Below are positions 12,402-25,100 of a stretch of DNA of 64,000 bases, piece after piece; the stretch's first letter is position 1, and each line of letters begins with the position of its first letter. Position numbers and translations under genes: made by a program. This DNA comes from Asterias rubens. Lineage: Eukaryota. A model generated the notes under the pieces. It worked only from the letters and a program-made list of their open reading frames with translations. It searched no databases and was not told the DNA's origin. The stretch is taken from NCBI RefSeq assembly GCF_902459465.1, contig NC_047067.1, positions 4,092,001 to 4,156,000 of the forward strand, read 5' to 3'.

Positions 12402-12736
12402 TAAAGGGAAGGTACACGGTTGGTAATTACTCAAAACAATTTAACTTAAAAACTCACTTGGTAACACCATTGGATAGCTGTTGATAATAAAAAACATCGT
12501 GAGAAACGATTCCCTCTATAATGAACATTGATTTTGAGAAAGAGGTAGTTTCTCATTAAAATAATAAAAGACTTTTATTTTATCTGAAAACACACAAATT
12601 CGTCCAACAAGGGTATTTGTTCTCTCATAATTTTTTTCAAAAATTTTCACAGGCTTGTTAATTTATGCTTAAGTTGGGATACATTAAGTGAGAAGACTGG
12701 TCTTTGACAATTACCAAACGTGTACCTTCCCTTTAA
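12402..12736. mobile_element. Kolobok-like MITE family B
   Basis: TAAAGGGAAGGTACACGGTTGGTAATT...AATTACCAAACGTGTACCTTCCCTTTAA. Confidence 0.8.
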
Positions 12737-13484
12737 CATATGCATTAGGTTCTTTTGAAGTTGCTTTATATTATATAAGTTGTTTGTAAAGTAGGGTTGG
12801 ACTAAAACACAAGTTCAAAAGGTACTGTAAGTAGAATTCTACCGTTTCAGTAAAGCCAAATTAATAATCAAAATCAGCAACACATCAATCAATATTTGAG
12901 CTGTCAAACGCAAGGTTATAATTAAAAAAAAACAGCTGCTGCACGTGACAAAGAAGGCATATTTAGACTCGAGGACGGAATAACATAATAGCAAAATCAA
13001 TCAAACTTCGTTTTGCCTCTTTTTTTTTAAGATATCAAAAAGTTAACTTACTGCGGCTTGTGTTTCAAAGTAAACACACTATCACAAGGCGACGTAGCAA
13101 CTGTTTTGGGTAAAAGTCATTGTGAATAAGGTTACAAATGATAGGCCTATACTAATTTCGTTAAACAAACGACGAAAAACAAGTTATATATATTTTATCC
13201 TCGATGCAAATGCTCGTCTTTTGGAGCAGTCTTCTGAACAAAAGCAGAGTTTACTGGTCGAAACGTCGAGCTGAGCCAACAACACTCTACAAAATAGATG
13301 TGCACATGGTTGTACCCGCAAGTTTACTATTATTTATAATTTCTTTCTTTTACAAGTCGCTTGATTAGTTGGTTGACATTTATGTTTTCTTCATGTTTGT
13401 ATCTAGTCAAGTATCATGGCCATTATTTATGTTGGCTTTCTTTGAAAATAATGTATCTCGCTGCAGTATTGGTTACAACACTGA

Positions 13485-14092
13485 TTGGTTAGAGATACTA
13501 GTCCTCGCTACAGTATTGGTTAGAGATACTAGTCCTCGCTACAGTATTGGTTAGAGATACTAGTCCTCGCTACATTATTGGTTAGAGATACTAGTCCTCG
13601 CTACAGTATTGGTTAGAGATACTAGTCCTCGCTACATTATTGGTTAGAGATACTAGTCCTCGCTACAGTATTGGTTAGAGATACTAGTCCTCGCTACAGT
13701 ATTGGTTAGAGATACTAGTCCTCGCTACAGTATTGGTTAGAGATACTAGTCCTCGCTACAGTATTGGTTAGAGATACTAGTCCTCGCTACAGTATTGGTT
13801 AGAGATACTAGTCCTCGCTACAGTATTGGTTAGAGATACTAGTCCTCGCTACAGTATTGGTTAGAGATACTAGTCCTCGCTACAGTATTGGTTAGAGATA
13901 CTAGTCCTCGCTACAGTATTGGTTAGAGATACTAGTCCTCGCTACAGTATTGGTTAGAGATACTAGTCCTCGCTACAGTATTGGTTAGAGATACTAGTCC
14001 TCGCTACAGTATTGGTTAGAGATACTAGTCCTCGCTACAGTATTGGTTAGAGATACTAGTCCTCGCTACAGTATTGGTTAGAGATACTAGTC
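13485..14092. repeat. 31-bp tandem minisatellite, about 19-20 copies
   Basis: Unit ATACTAGTCCTCGCTACAGTATTGGTTAGAG, head-to-tail, almost invariant, no spacers. Confidence 0.95.
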
Positions 14093-14479
14093 AATCATAC
14101 ATTGATCCAGGTCAACTTAAATTATATTGTATAGCCTAAAAAAACATAGATTTGTATTGATCCAAAGGCGTTTAAACCCAACATTCATGTTATTACGTCT
14201 GTATTATTTCAACACAGTAACATAATATGAAACCATTAACTATAGTTATGGGTAACGTGCTATTCATGTATAACCTTGGTCCGTTAGGTTTTCATCTGCT
14301 AACTCAAGCTGCACACCACCTATTCATCGCCCTCAATGCATTGACACAAAAGCAATTGGCAAATCATTGATTTTATTGAATTGAAGTTATAATGTAAAAC
14401 AAAAAAGATAAAAACGATAAAACTAGCCAACTCAACAAGGTTGCGGTCAATAGTAAAACCACGTTACTTGGGCTCTTAT

Positions 14480-14529
14480 TCTACACTTGCTTGAGCGGAG
14501 CGCCAGGCAGCAGTAGTACAACGGGCATT
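14480..14529 (+). other. Possible non-coding first exon of gene B
   Basis: Donor-like CATT|GTGAGT at 14530; the ATG exon has its own acceptor at 16051, so an upstream exon is expected. Start position unknown. Confidence 0.3.
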
Positions 14530-15055
14530 GTGAGTATCTTTCCTCGATTATTAATTTGCTAACAACCACGACGACGTATTTCTTGGTTAAGGGTGGACAG
14601 ACAACGTTTTTGTTTTGCTTTCGAACTGGATACGTTTTTGGTTATTACTCTAATTTGTTATACCACCAACTTAGGCCTACTTGGCAACGAGCAACGGAGA
14701 GTTCTTGATGATAAACATATTTGTGAAGAACGACTACCTCTGATCATGCTCTGATATAATGTAGTTTTCTAAAAAGAAGTAACTTCTCACTAAAATATTT
14801 GAACTTAAGAAAAATAGATAGGGCCAGTGATGGGACATGCAATAATGCAACCGTGCTGAGGAATGTCTACCTTACTTATTGTAAATGCAGGCCTTGCCAC
14901 CATATTGAAAATGCAGTCCTAATAATATATTGACACCCTGTTGGAAATGCAGGCCTAATATTGCCACCACGTTGGAAATGCAGACCTAATAATACCACCG
15001 TGTTTTAAAATGCGTGCCCCATAATGCCTCAATGTTGAATGCATGCCTCAAAATG

Positions 15056-15275
15056 GGTGCGTCCGTTTAGCTTCCCTGGGTCATCCCCGGTCTGCCCCGG
15101 TGCGTTTGAATAGCTTTTGACGTCATTACAGGGGCTCACCCAGGTCAGCCCCGAGTGCCCTGCTTGCGGAGTGGGTCGCAACGAGAGCGGTGAGTGGTCG
15201 TTCGTTTAGCTCTTGTCAGGGGCTCACCCGAGTGAGAACCGCGGGGTAGACCCAGGGAAGCTAAACGAACGCACC
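15056..15275. mobile_element. MITE (GGTGCGTCCGTTTAGCTTCCCTGGGTC TIR)
   Basis: 27-bp TIRs with one mismatch; interrupts the degenerate flank of the 27-bp satellite. Confidence 0.8.
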
Positions 15276-15489
15276 GCTTGTCACCCATTAGGGAATGCAT
15301 GCCTATCAATGCCACCCTGTTGGGAATGCATGCCCTATACTCCCACCGTGAAGGGGGATGCATGTATGCCTATGTGTACTATTGCCGGCCTGTCCGGGAT
15401 GCCACCCTGTTGGGAATGCGGGCCTCAGTATTGTCACCGCGTTCGGAATGAAAGCCTAATGTTGCCCCCCCCCCCCGTTGAAAATGCAG

Positions 15490-15950
15490 GCCTAAAGTTG
15501 CCACCCTGTTGGTCAGGCCTAAAGTTGCCACCCTGTTGGTCAGGCCTAAAGTTGCCACCCTGTTGGTCAGGCTTAAAGTTGCCACCCTGTTGGTTAAGGC
15601 CTAAAGTTGCCACCCTGTTGGTCAGGCCTAAAGTTGCCACCCTGTTGGTCAGGCCTAAAGTTGCCACCCTGTTGGTCAGGCCTAAAGTTGCCACCCTGTT
15701 GGTCAGGCCTAAAGTTGCCACCCTGTTGGTTAAGGCCTAAAGTTGCCACCCTGTTGGTCAGGCCTAAAGTTGCCACCCTGTTGGTCAGGCCTAAAGTTGC
15801 CACCATGTTGGTCAGGCCTAAAGTTGCCACCATGTTGGTGAGGCCTAAAGTTGCCACCCTGTTGGTGAGGCCTGTTGCCACCATGTTGGCCAGGCCTATA
15901 GTTGCCACCGTGTTGGTTAAGGCCTAAAGTTGCCACCCTGTTGGAAATGC
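15490..15950. repeat. 27-bp tandem minisatellite, about 17 copies, with degenerate flanks (about 14860-16020)
   Basis: Unit CCTAAAGTTGCCACCCTGTTGGTCAGG; explains the repetitive ORFs on both strands. Confidence 0.95.
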
Positions 15951-16094
15951 ATACCTAACAATGCGACCCTATTGTGGAATGCATGCCTAATAATGCCACC
16001 CTATTTTAGAATGCAGGATTTATAATGTCAACCTGATGTATATTTTCCTAGTTTGAGAGACCACAGGAGTCTTGAAACTTCTGAAGGAGCCAAA

Positions 16095-16149
16095 ATGGGG
16101 CGATTCTGCTTTGATATCGCCTTCTGCAGTCTGGTATGTTTGTTCCTCG
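16095..16149 (+). CDS. Start exon, signal peptide
   Basis: caaaATG; [18 protein letters not shown] then G|gtaagt; acceptor ttttcctag at 16051. Confidence 0.8.
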
Positions 16150-19100
16150 GTAAGTGAGTTTATTTTGCACAAAGGTTAGCCATTTAATTTTGTTGGCTTT
16201 TTCAAAAAGAAAGATGGGCTGAAAATATTACCGTTTACCAACTTGTTTTGGGCAACAAAAATACCTGTTTCAACATGTCATTTCACAACAAACTTATGTG
16301 AAAGCTATGTGTTGACATAAAGCCCCTGGCTATAGAATAAAATTGACAATTTAAAACTCGTCTAAGATCAGAGGTTTACATAAAACTTACACGAGTCTAA
16401 TGATGATAGTAGCAATCATACTTTCTCATGACCCAGATAGCCGATCGATTTTAAATTTTTACAAGTGTTAACATTGTTAGCATTTATTTTTTATTTTTAT
16501 AATTATCCTTTAAAGTGTAACCTTGTTGTGTTTGAAGACATGCAACTTACCGTTACCCCTTTTGGTTAATTACAATTTAATTAAAACGCTTCGACTCCAC
16601 ACACACCATACATTTATTTCGTGATTGCATTCAATAGTCATGAATTCCTTTGAAATACAGCTATCTACAGCGTCGACGGTTACTCTATTTCTAGAGGAGG
16701 TTCTGGGTCTCAGGAAAGTACAAAAGGAAGCGGGTGAGTGAGAAAAACTTGTTCGGCTTATAACTGTGTGTTTCGTCAAGAACATTGTACAAATCTATGC
16801 AGTCCGGTAAGAATGGGCAGATTAAAGGCAGTGGACACTATTGGTAATTGTCAAAGACTAGTCTTCACAGTTGGTGTATCTCAACATATGCATAAAATAA
16901 AAAACCTGTGAAAATTTGGGCTCAATCGGTCATCGAAGTTGCGAGATAATAATGAAACAAAAACAACCCTTGCAACACGAAGTTGTGTGCGTTTAGATGG
17001 TTGATTTCGAGACCTCAAGTTCTAAACTTGAGGTCTCGAAATCAAATTCGTGGAAAATTACTTCTTTCTCGAAAACTATGGCACTTCAGAGGGAGCCGTT
17101 TCTCACAATGTTTTATATCATTAACCTCTCCCCATTACTCGTCACCAAGAAAGGTTTTATGCCAATAATTATTTTGAGAAATTACCAATAGTGTCCACCG
17201 CCTTTAAACGCCCGGTCACACATGCCTCGATAACGACAATAAAAACATGTTAAAATCGCATGCCCTCGATTGGTTGAATAAGCGTGGGCGTATTCTGCTG
17301 GAGCAATTCAAGCAATACAATGCGTACTCTTTGCTTCGTTATCGTTTTCGTTATCGCGGAAGTGTGCCTCGGCCTTTAAAATCAGAATAAAGCGGACCTC
17401 GTTCACGTTAGCCTTTCGTCAAGGCGCTTCGTCACTGGTCTTTTTTTGTGAGTGACATTCGGGGTTGTGCGTGACATCTGGGTGCCGCGTGAGCCCTGAC
17501 TAAAGGCTACGTTCACCTCGACCACGGTTGTGTTTTTTTCTTTTTCGAGTGAACGTCAACATCATAGTTTTGGGGTCCTCGACTTCTTCAGACAACGTTG
17601 GTGACGAATTGACGCATGCGCAAAGCCTCAGTATGACGTAGTCATGTAACTGTTGACGTACGTGGATGCCACATCTGGAGCTGCCTGTCTGCACGACGGG
17701 TTGTATTAGGCGCTAAGTGTAAATTTATTATTTAACGAAATTATTTACAAAGTTCATAATGTACCCCTAACCACTTTACATTTTAGTGGCATTTTGTTAT
17801 TAGGGGTTGCTGTATTGTGCAATTTCCAAAATGTGTCGGATACTTCAAACTGTCAATAATCACATATACATGTTCGATCGAAACTGCTCCCTCTGTCTCT
17901 GAATGAATTCATTACACCTTACCAGCAAAATTGCACACTCCGCTCCAGCTCAGATACAAGGATTCTCACAACACCACAAACCACAATGTCTTCGTCAAAA
18001 GTTGTTTAATGGAGCTGCTCAAAACCTTTGGAACAATCTGAAAACACTTTGCCTTTCGGTAGTTGATAATCGATATTCGGTTTTTTTCTTTCTTTTTTCT
18101 GCAGGGGTTCTTCAACAGGAGGCTCTCATGAACAACACGGTAAAAAACTTACCCTTAAGTTCATATCATATACTACTAGACCTATCCGTGTTGTTTTGCT
18201 TATGCTTAATTAAGTACGGTTACCAAAGGCTAGTTTTCAATGCCCAATGAGTCTATGGCTGAAAATTAAAATTAAATTCGGTTCTGTAGCTCTAGAGATA
18301 TGGTCCAACTTCCCGTAGTAATTGTCAACATGGGGTCAAGTTTACCACAGCTAAGCTCAAATGCCAATGAACCTATAACTGAAAATAAGTTTGAAAATCG
18401 GATGTGTACTTTCTTAGATATGGTCCCACTTCCGGTTGACCCGGAAGTAAAGGTCAGCATGGGTTCACTGTTATTCAATGCTTATGCCCAAGGAGTCTAT
18501 AACTGGGTATAGATTTAATACAAATCGGTGGTGTAGTTCTTGAGAAGGTCCCACTTCCGGCTGAACTGGAAGTAAAGGTCAACACGAGGTCACTGTTTTG
18601 AACGTTTTAGTGATACAAACCAGATTTGGGAGTGTTTTAGAGAGTTTACATTTGATTTGTTGTCGTTTGTAGTCCAGTTTTTATCTCGATGATTGTTCAT
18701 CCAAAATGTTACCAAAACATTCAATTTATTCATTACACTTTGATAGATGCTTACACATTGGAAGCCGGAACATTCTGAAATTATTCATGGCATGTTCCTA
18801 ACATTTGCCTAAAGGCCCACTGAATCTAACATGTTGTATTTGTTTGTTCTTTAACCATGTAATTTTGCAATCAGTATTATAAAAAACAATCAGTATTATC
18901 AACACCAGGTCAAGTGTTTTAAAAAGTCTTTGTGCTGGTAGTGACATTCAACCAAAAGAAATACTGCTAGTTTTCACACAGGTTAACTCACCTTTAAAAA
19001 AGAATAAACAGGCACTGTTCTTGAAATTTTGAATAAACACTCTCTTTGTGCTATTCTTTTGAGGGTATCTTTTTGTATTTCGTATTTTTTTTCAGCACCA

Positions 19101-22100
19101 AGTCCTCAGCCTTGTGATAGTCATCCATGCCAACATGGCGGTATATGCCATAATCATGGAACAACATATGAGTGTGTTTGCCCCAGTGGCTGCTCAGGAG
19201 CACGCTGTGAACTAGGTAAGTATGTACGTTTCAAACCGTCTTATAGACGATGTGACCTCTGACGTCACTCGAAAACCATAACATGATTCGCGTGCATACC
19301 GCTGTTTCGGCAGCCAGCTAGAAAAATTATGCACTCTTACCATGACTACGCGTCTTTTTGCCCGGCGAAACATGACGTATACAATGTTTTGTCAACAGAG
19401 GGCAGTTTGAATGTAAACATAGGTCACATCGTCTATATACACCCAAGATAAACATGCCAATAAACAATGGATTACTATTCTCTGACAACTATTCTCCCAA
19501 AGTTATTAACTAGTAGCAGCAATATATGAACTAGATTTAATAATTGACTTACAATGCGAACACAACTATCCTGCTGGGTGTTCAATTAAAGGCGCAGTAA
19601 AAACAAAACGAAAGCAAAAAATAAACAACAGACACAATAAATGGAGTCCTTGAAAACCTGTGACAAAAGATAAGTTTTAAGAAGAGATTTGAATTGTGTG
19701 ATACAAAGACAAGATCTAAGATCAGGTGGTAGAGAGTTCCAGATGCGTGGCGCAGCTGAGACTTGGGTTCAATGATGCATGGCACTTGATCGAAGATTCC
19801 TTGATGGGAGGGATCAGTGAAGTTGTTTCAATATGGGGGTGAAAGAACATGATTTTCTAGACAGTGTCACGAAGCGGTGTTTTGGAGGCATTAAAAACGG
19901 GATAGTTGGTCGCAAGGGCGACTGTAGAGAAGAGCAATGACTTTGTCAAGAAAAGAGGTAATTAGCAAAATGCACGAATGACCTTTTCAGTGGTACTCTT
20001 GTCCAAGTACTTGCGAATCTTACCAATATTCCCCCATGTGATATGATGACAGACGAATTTTGATGTTGATATGTAGTTGAAGTGTCAAAAATAACCCTTC
20101 AAGTTCCGTGTGAGACCTATTCGAGCGTCACCGATGGAAACGTATGGCACGGAAACATTTGTAAACTGTGGACGTTATTATTTCTCAACAATGAGTGTGG
20201 ACTCGTAGAATTACTCGTGCATAAATATTTGTAGTTATAACACACCTCTTGCTTTTTCTGTATTCTGGTTGGCTGAAACACGGTCACGTGGGATGAACTA
20301 ATATAGGCTAGTGATCGCGCGCGCGTGTTTTGCGGGAATAGTACCAGAGCGGGCACTAGTCTTTGCAAATAGTGCCCGCGGTAACAGCGCCCTCTCTTGA
20401 CTTGAACCGTGAACAAACTACAAAATTCCTTTATCTGTTCTTATTTGACATTTTAAGACCGACCTGTGTTATAAAACACATATTGACTGGCATAATTCGG
20501 TAACTAGTGTACGTCTATTCCCCCTCGGGCCTGTGAGTGACCAGAAGAGGGGCCTATTTCCCTCGGCCTCGGGAAATAGGTCGCTCTTCTGGTCACTCAA
20601 AGACCCTCGTGGGAATAGACGTATACTAGTAACCTCGTTGCCAGTCAATATGTGTATGCTAAACTACTAGTCATCATTCATTTGATGTACAGTCTTCTAT
20701 AAAGAGAAAACTTATGTGGACCAAGAGACCATTATTAAAGCTCTCAGTATTGCAGCTGCCGCACATTCAAATACCATCTCGATCAAGAGTAGATTCGTAA
20801 TGAATCTACAGTTAAGGGTAGAATCATATACGAATCTACACCTTCATGTCATGATGTTTTCTCTATAATTTTAGAAAATAAACTGTTGGACACCATCAAA
20901 GGAGCTACAGGAAGCGGCAGCAGTCAAACTTACCCTGACCATGTCAACTCGTAAGTTTCAATCATGCGACCACGAGTATTGTAGATCTTGTAGATCTTTA
21001 TAATGTGCTGAAACCAACACATTGATTCATTGTGCATTGTTACCGATATCGTGACAAAAACACGTATGCAGTAGGCTTTTTCCGTTTTAGTACAAAATTA
21101 ATAAAATGGTAATTGAAGGCCCTATCTGTTTTTTCAGCATGCCTAAAGTTTAAGTTTTATTTAAATAATGAACTTGGATAGAAAGGTTTATAAAAAGCCT
21201 GCATGTAAACTATTTTTGCAGGTCATTTTTCCAAGTTTTTTTTTTCCAATTAAACTTTTGCTCAATTTACATCTCATAACATACGTAAATTGTCATTTTC
21301 AATTGTCGTTATAGCTTTCTCTTTCAGAAGGTATAAGTAATTTATGAATGGAGAACGATTAATCCGAAAATCTATATTTCTTAACAGAAAATCAAATTCT
21401 GGAAGCAATGAAGTGCCAGGTAAGTGAATCAATACGATCTATAGGGGCTTTATGTTACCTATAATGTTGCTCATCTCAAGCCTTTAGTTCTTGACAAGAC
21501 TGCATCAGTGATCGTAACTTTCTGATAACAACAGCAAACTTCTTTTCAAACTTGGCACCTGTATCCTCTTCTCATTTTATGTTTTACCATTCCAAGTTTC
21601 TCTGGACGTCAGTATTGAACTGTTCTGTTTGCATTTAAGCTTTAGGTGATACACAAAACCCAACCAAGTCCGCAAGTAAAGAGAGCCGCCCCTCTTCCTC
21701 TGGCAGCAGCAGTCATACAGACCCTGACCACGTCAACTCGTAAGTTTCATTCACGCGACCACAAATTTGGTAGAACTATATTGACTTTCCAAAATGAGCC
21801 GGAACTTAAAAGCAAAAATGTTGCTTTATTGTGCATTGTGACGGATAACGTGAACAATCTATGCAGAAGTCTTCTTCCTTTTTACAGAGTTTAGCGACTA
21901 AGAAAAACAAAAAGTAAGTTTAACTTTTATTTAAATAACGAATTGGGATAGAAAAGCTTAAGAAAAGCCTGTTTGTAAACCATTTACATCTCATTATATA
22001 TTATATACGTATAAAACTGTCATTTTCGTTTGCTGTTGTAGCTTTGTCTTTCACAAGGTAAAGGTAAATTAACGTATGGTAGATGGTTAATAAAAAAAAA

Positions 22101-25100
22101 TCTATGTTTCTTAACAGAAAACCAAGTTCTGAAAGCAATGAAGTGCCAGGTAAGTGAATCATCACGATCTCTATAGGGGCCTTATCTTTCCTATAATGTT
22201 GCTCATCTCAAGCCTTTAGTTCTTGAAATCACTGCATCGGTGATCGTTATTTTCTGATAACAACAGCAAACTTCTTTTCAAACTTGGCACCGGTATCCTC
22301 TTCTTAGTAGTATCTTTGTTTAGATTTTTGATCATGTATTTAAATTGTGTTTTTTTCAGCACCTAATCCTCAGCCTTGCGATAGTCATCCATGCCAACAT
22401 GGCGGTGTATGCCAAAATAAAGGACAATTATTTGAGTGTGTTTGCCCCAGTGGCTGCTCAGGAAGACGCTGTGAAAATGGTAAGCATGTAAATATCAAAC
22501 CGTCTTATATACACCTAAGTTTAAGATGTGAGTGATGTGAATTGATGGTTTTAGATATTGATTGATATTTCTGTTTAATTTTGTCTTACATTAACTACAA
22601 TGTATAGGACCTGTTCAAGACCCATGTGCGAATAACCCTTGTGAGCATGGGGGAGCATGTTCACCTTATGGATCCAGCTACCGATGCAGTTGCCCGTCAG
22701 CGTACATGGGTTCTAGATGCCAACTAGGTATCAATGAGTTTTACTTGTTCGAGCGTAGTTACTTCTGAACTGTGGAACACCAACTCTATGTTCTGTTTCG
22801 CCTTTGTCAATCAGTTATCAAGACCAAAAACACTTGAGCAGATCATTACGTACTGGTGTAACATGCGACTGTTACAATTACTGCTTCTTTTCATCTCCAC
22901 TGACACAATTTGAGCACAATAAACCCGAGAGGTATTGCTCTTAAAGTTATTATTTAATCACTAACTCTCGTTAACTTTGATCTGATTACCGATGACATTC
23001 CAATGCAATTTATCACCCAATTCGGCATGTGTTAATACTAAGTATTACCTGAAAGGATTTAATAAGCACTATTAATTTTAATCCACGATTCTCTGAACGC
23101 CAATATTTAACTAATCTGTTCTTATAAAATCTTTAGGCAAAACACAAAACCCAACCAAATCTGCAAGTAAAGAAAGCGGACATTCTTCCCATGGCAGCAG
23201 CAGTCATGAAGACCCTGACCATGTCAAACCGTAAGTTTCATTCATGCGACCACAAATATGGTAGATCTTTGTTTTTTCCCCCAACAAATAATAAGTAAAA
23301 AAACATGAAGGCCCTGTCTGTTTTTCTCAGCAAACCTTAAAGTTTAACATTTTTCTTAAATAACGAACTTGGATAGAACAGGTTAAGTAAACCCTGCATG
23401 TTAACTATTTTTGTAGGACGTTTTTCTAAGTAATAGGTTTTTTTCTCGAGCTGCTTTTGTTCCAATCACATCTCATTACATACGTCATATGTCATTTTCA
23501 TTTGTTTTCTCTTTCAAAAGGTATAAGTAACTAACCAATGGTAGATGATTAATCCGAAAATCTATATTTCTTAACAGAAAATCAAATTCTGGAAGCAATG
23601 AAGTGCCAGGTAAGTGAATCAATACGATCTATAGGGGCTTTATCTTACCTATAATGTTGCTCATCTCAAGCCTCTTTAAATCACTGCATCAGTTATCGTT
23701 ATTTTCTGATAACAACGGCCAGTTGCTTTTCAAACTTGGCACCTGTATCCTCTTCTTAGTAGAATTGCTCAACCAAGCTGAGTTATACCTTGAAAACTTT
23801 AAGAAATTTTATGTTTTACCATTCCAAGTTTCTCTGGACGTCATTATTGATCTATTCTGTTTGCACTTAAGCCTTAGGAGATACACAAAACCCAACCAAG
23901 TCTGCGAGTAAAGAGAACCGCCCCTCTTCCCCTGGCAGCAGCAGTCATACAGACCCTGATCACGTCAACTCGTAAGTTTCATTCACGCGACCACAAATTT
24001 GGTAGAACATTATTGTTTTTCCAAAATGTGCTGAAACTTAAAGGCAAAAATGTTGCCTTGGTGTGCATTGTGACGGATAACGTGAACAATCTGTGCAGAA
24101 GTCTTGTTCCATTTTAGTGAGTTTATCGAAAGAAAAAACAATTCAAATATTTAGGACCTATCTGTTTTTTTCTCAGCAGACCTTTGAGAGTAAGTTTTAT
24201 TTAAATAACGAGTTGGGATAAAAAGCTTAAGAAAAGCCTGCATGTAACTTAGTTGTGTTGGTCGTTTGTCTTTTTTTTAGCTACTTTTATTCAATTTACA
24301 TCTCATTACATACGTAAACTGTCATTTTCCTTTTGTATTATAGCTTTGTCTTTCAAAAGGTATAAGTAATTAACGATTGGTAGATGATCAATCCGTAAAT
24401 CTATGTTTCTTAACAGAAAATCAGGTGATGAAAGCAATGAAGTGCCAGGTAAGTGAATCAATACAATCCATAGGGGCTTTATCTAGTTGCTCATCTCAAG
24501 CCTTTAGTTCTTGAAATCACTGCATCAGTGATCGTAATTATCTGATAACAACAGCAAACTTCTTTTCAAACTTGGCACCGGTATCCTCTTCTTAGTAGAA
24601 TCTTAGTTTAGATTATTGCCCATGTATTTAAATTGTGTTATTTTTTCAGCACCTAATCCCCAGCCTTGCGATAGTCATCCATGCCAACATGGCGGTGTAT
24701 GCCAAAATAAAGGACAATTATTTGAGTGTGTTTGCCCCAGTGGCTGCTCAGGAAGACGCTGTGAAAATGGTAAGCATGTAAATATCAAACCGTCTTATAT
24801 ACACCTAAGTTTAAGATGTGAGTGATGTGAATTGATGGTTTTAGATATTGATTGATATTTCTGTTTAATTTTGTCTTACATTAACTACAATGTATAGGAC
24901 CTGTTCAAGACCCATGTGCGAATAACCCTTGCGAGCATGGGGGAGCATGTTCACCTTATGGATCCAGCTACCGATGCAGTTGTCCGTCAGCGTACATGGG
25001 TTCTAGATGCCAATTAGGTATTATTGATTTTTACTTGTTCGAGCGTAGTTACTTCTGAACTGTGGAATACCAACTCTATGTTTTGTTTCGCCGTTGTCAA

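Noticed and set aside
13485-14092. CRISPR-like appearance of the 31-bp array
   Set aside because: Units are head-to-tail with no unique spacers, there are no cas genes, and the context is eukaryotic.
15213-15936. Repetitive ORFs (LKLPPCWSG, RPKVATLLV, VATLGLTNR, QQGGNFRPD)
   Set aside because: By-products of a 27-bp unit lacking stops in several frames on both strands; no splice or start context; upstream of the signal-peptide exon.
18119-18139. Alternative 21-nt (18119) and 9-nt (46913) micro-exons using the second AG
   Set aside because: Not needed once the phase 1-2 partner exons at 16661 and 46517 were found; the first AG after the pyrimidine tract fits.
21646-21894. ORFs MIHKTQPS.../MIHT(F/Y)QPS... 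starting at the 94-nt exons
   Set aside because: Wrong frame with a GTG pseudo-start; splice phase gives GDTQNPTK... instead.
23654-23911. Repeated 85-aa [16 protein letters not shown]... (also 25944, 29177, 32407, 44231)
   Set aside because: Intronic sequence of the tandem unit; recurs only because the unit is duplicated and overlaps the true 94-nt exon in another frame.
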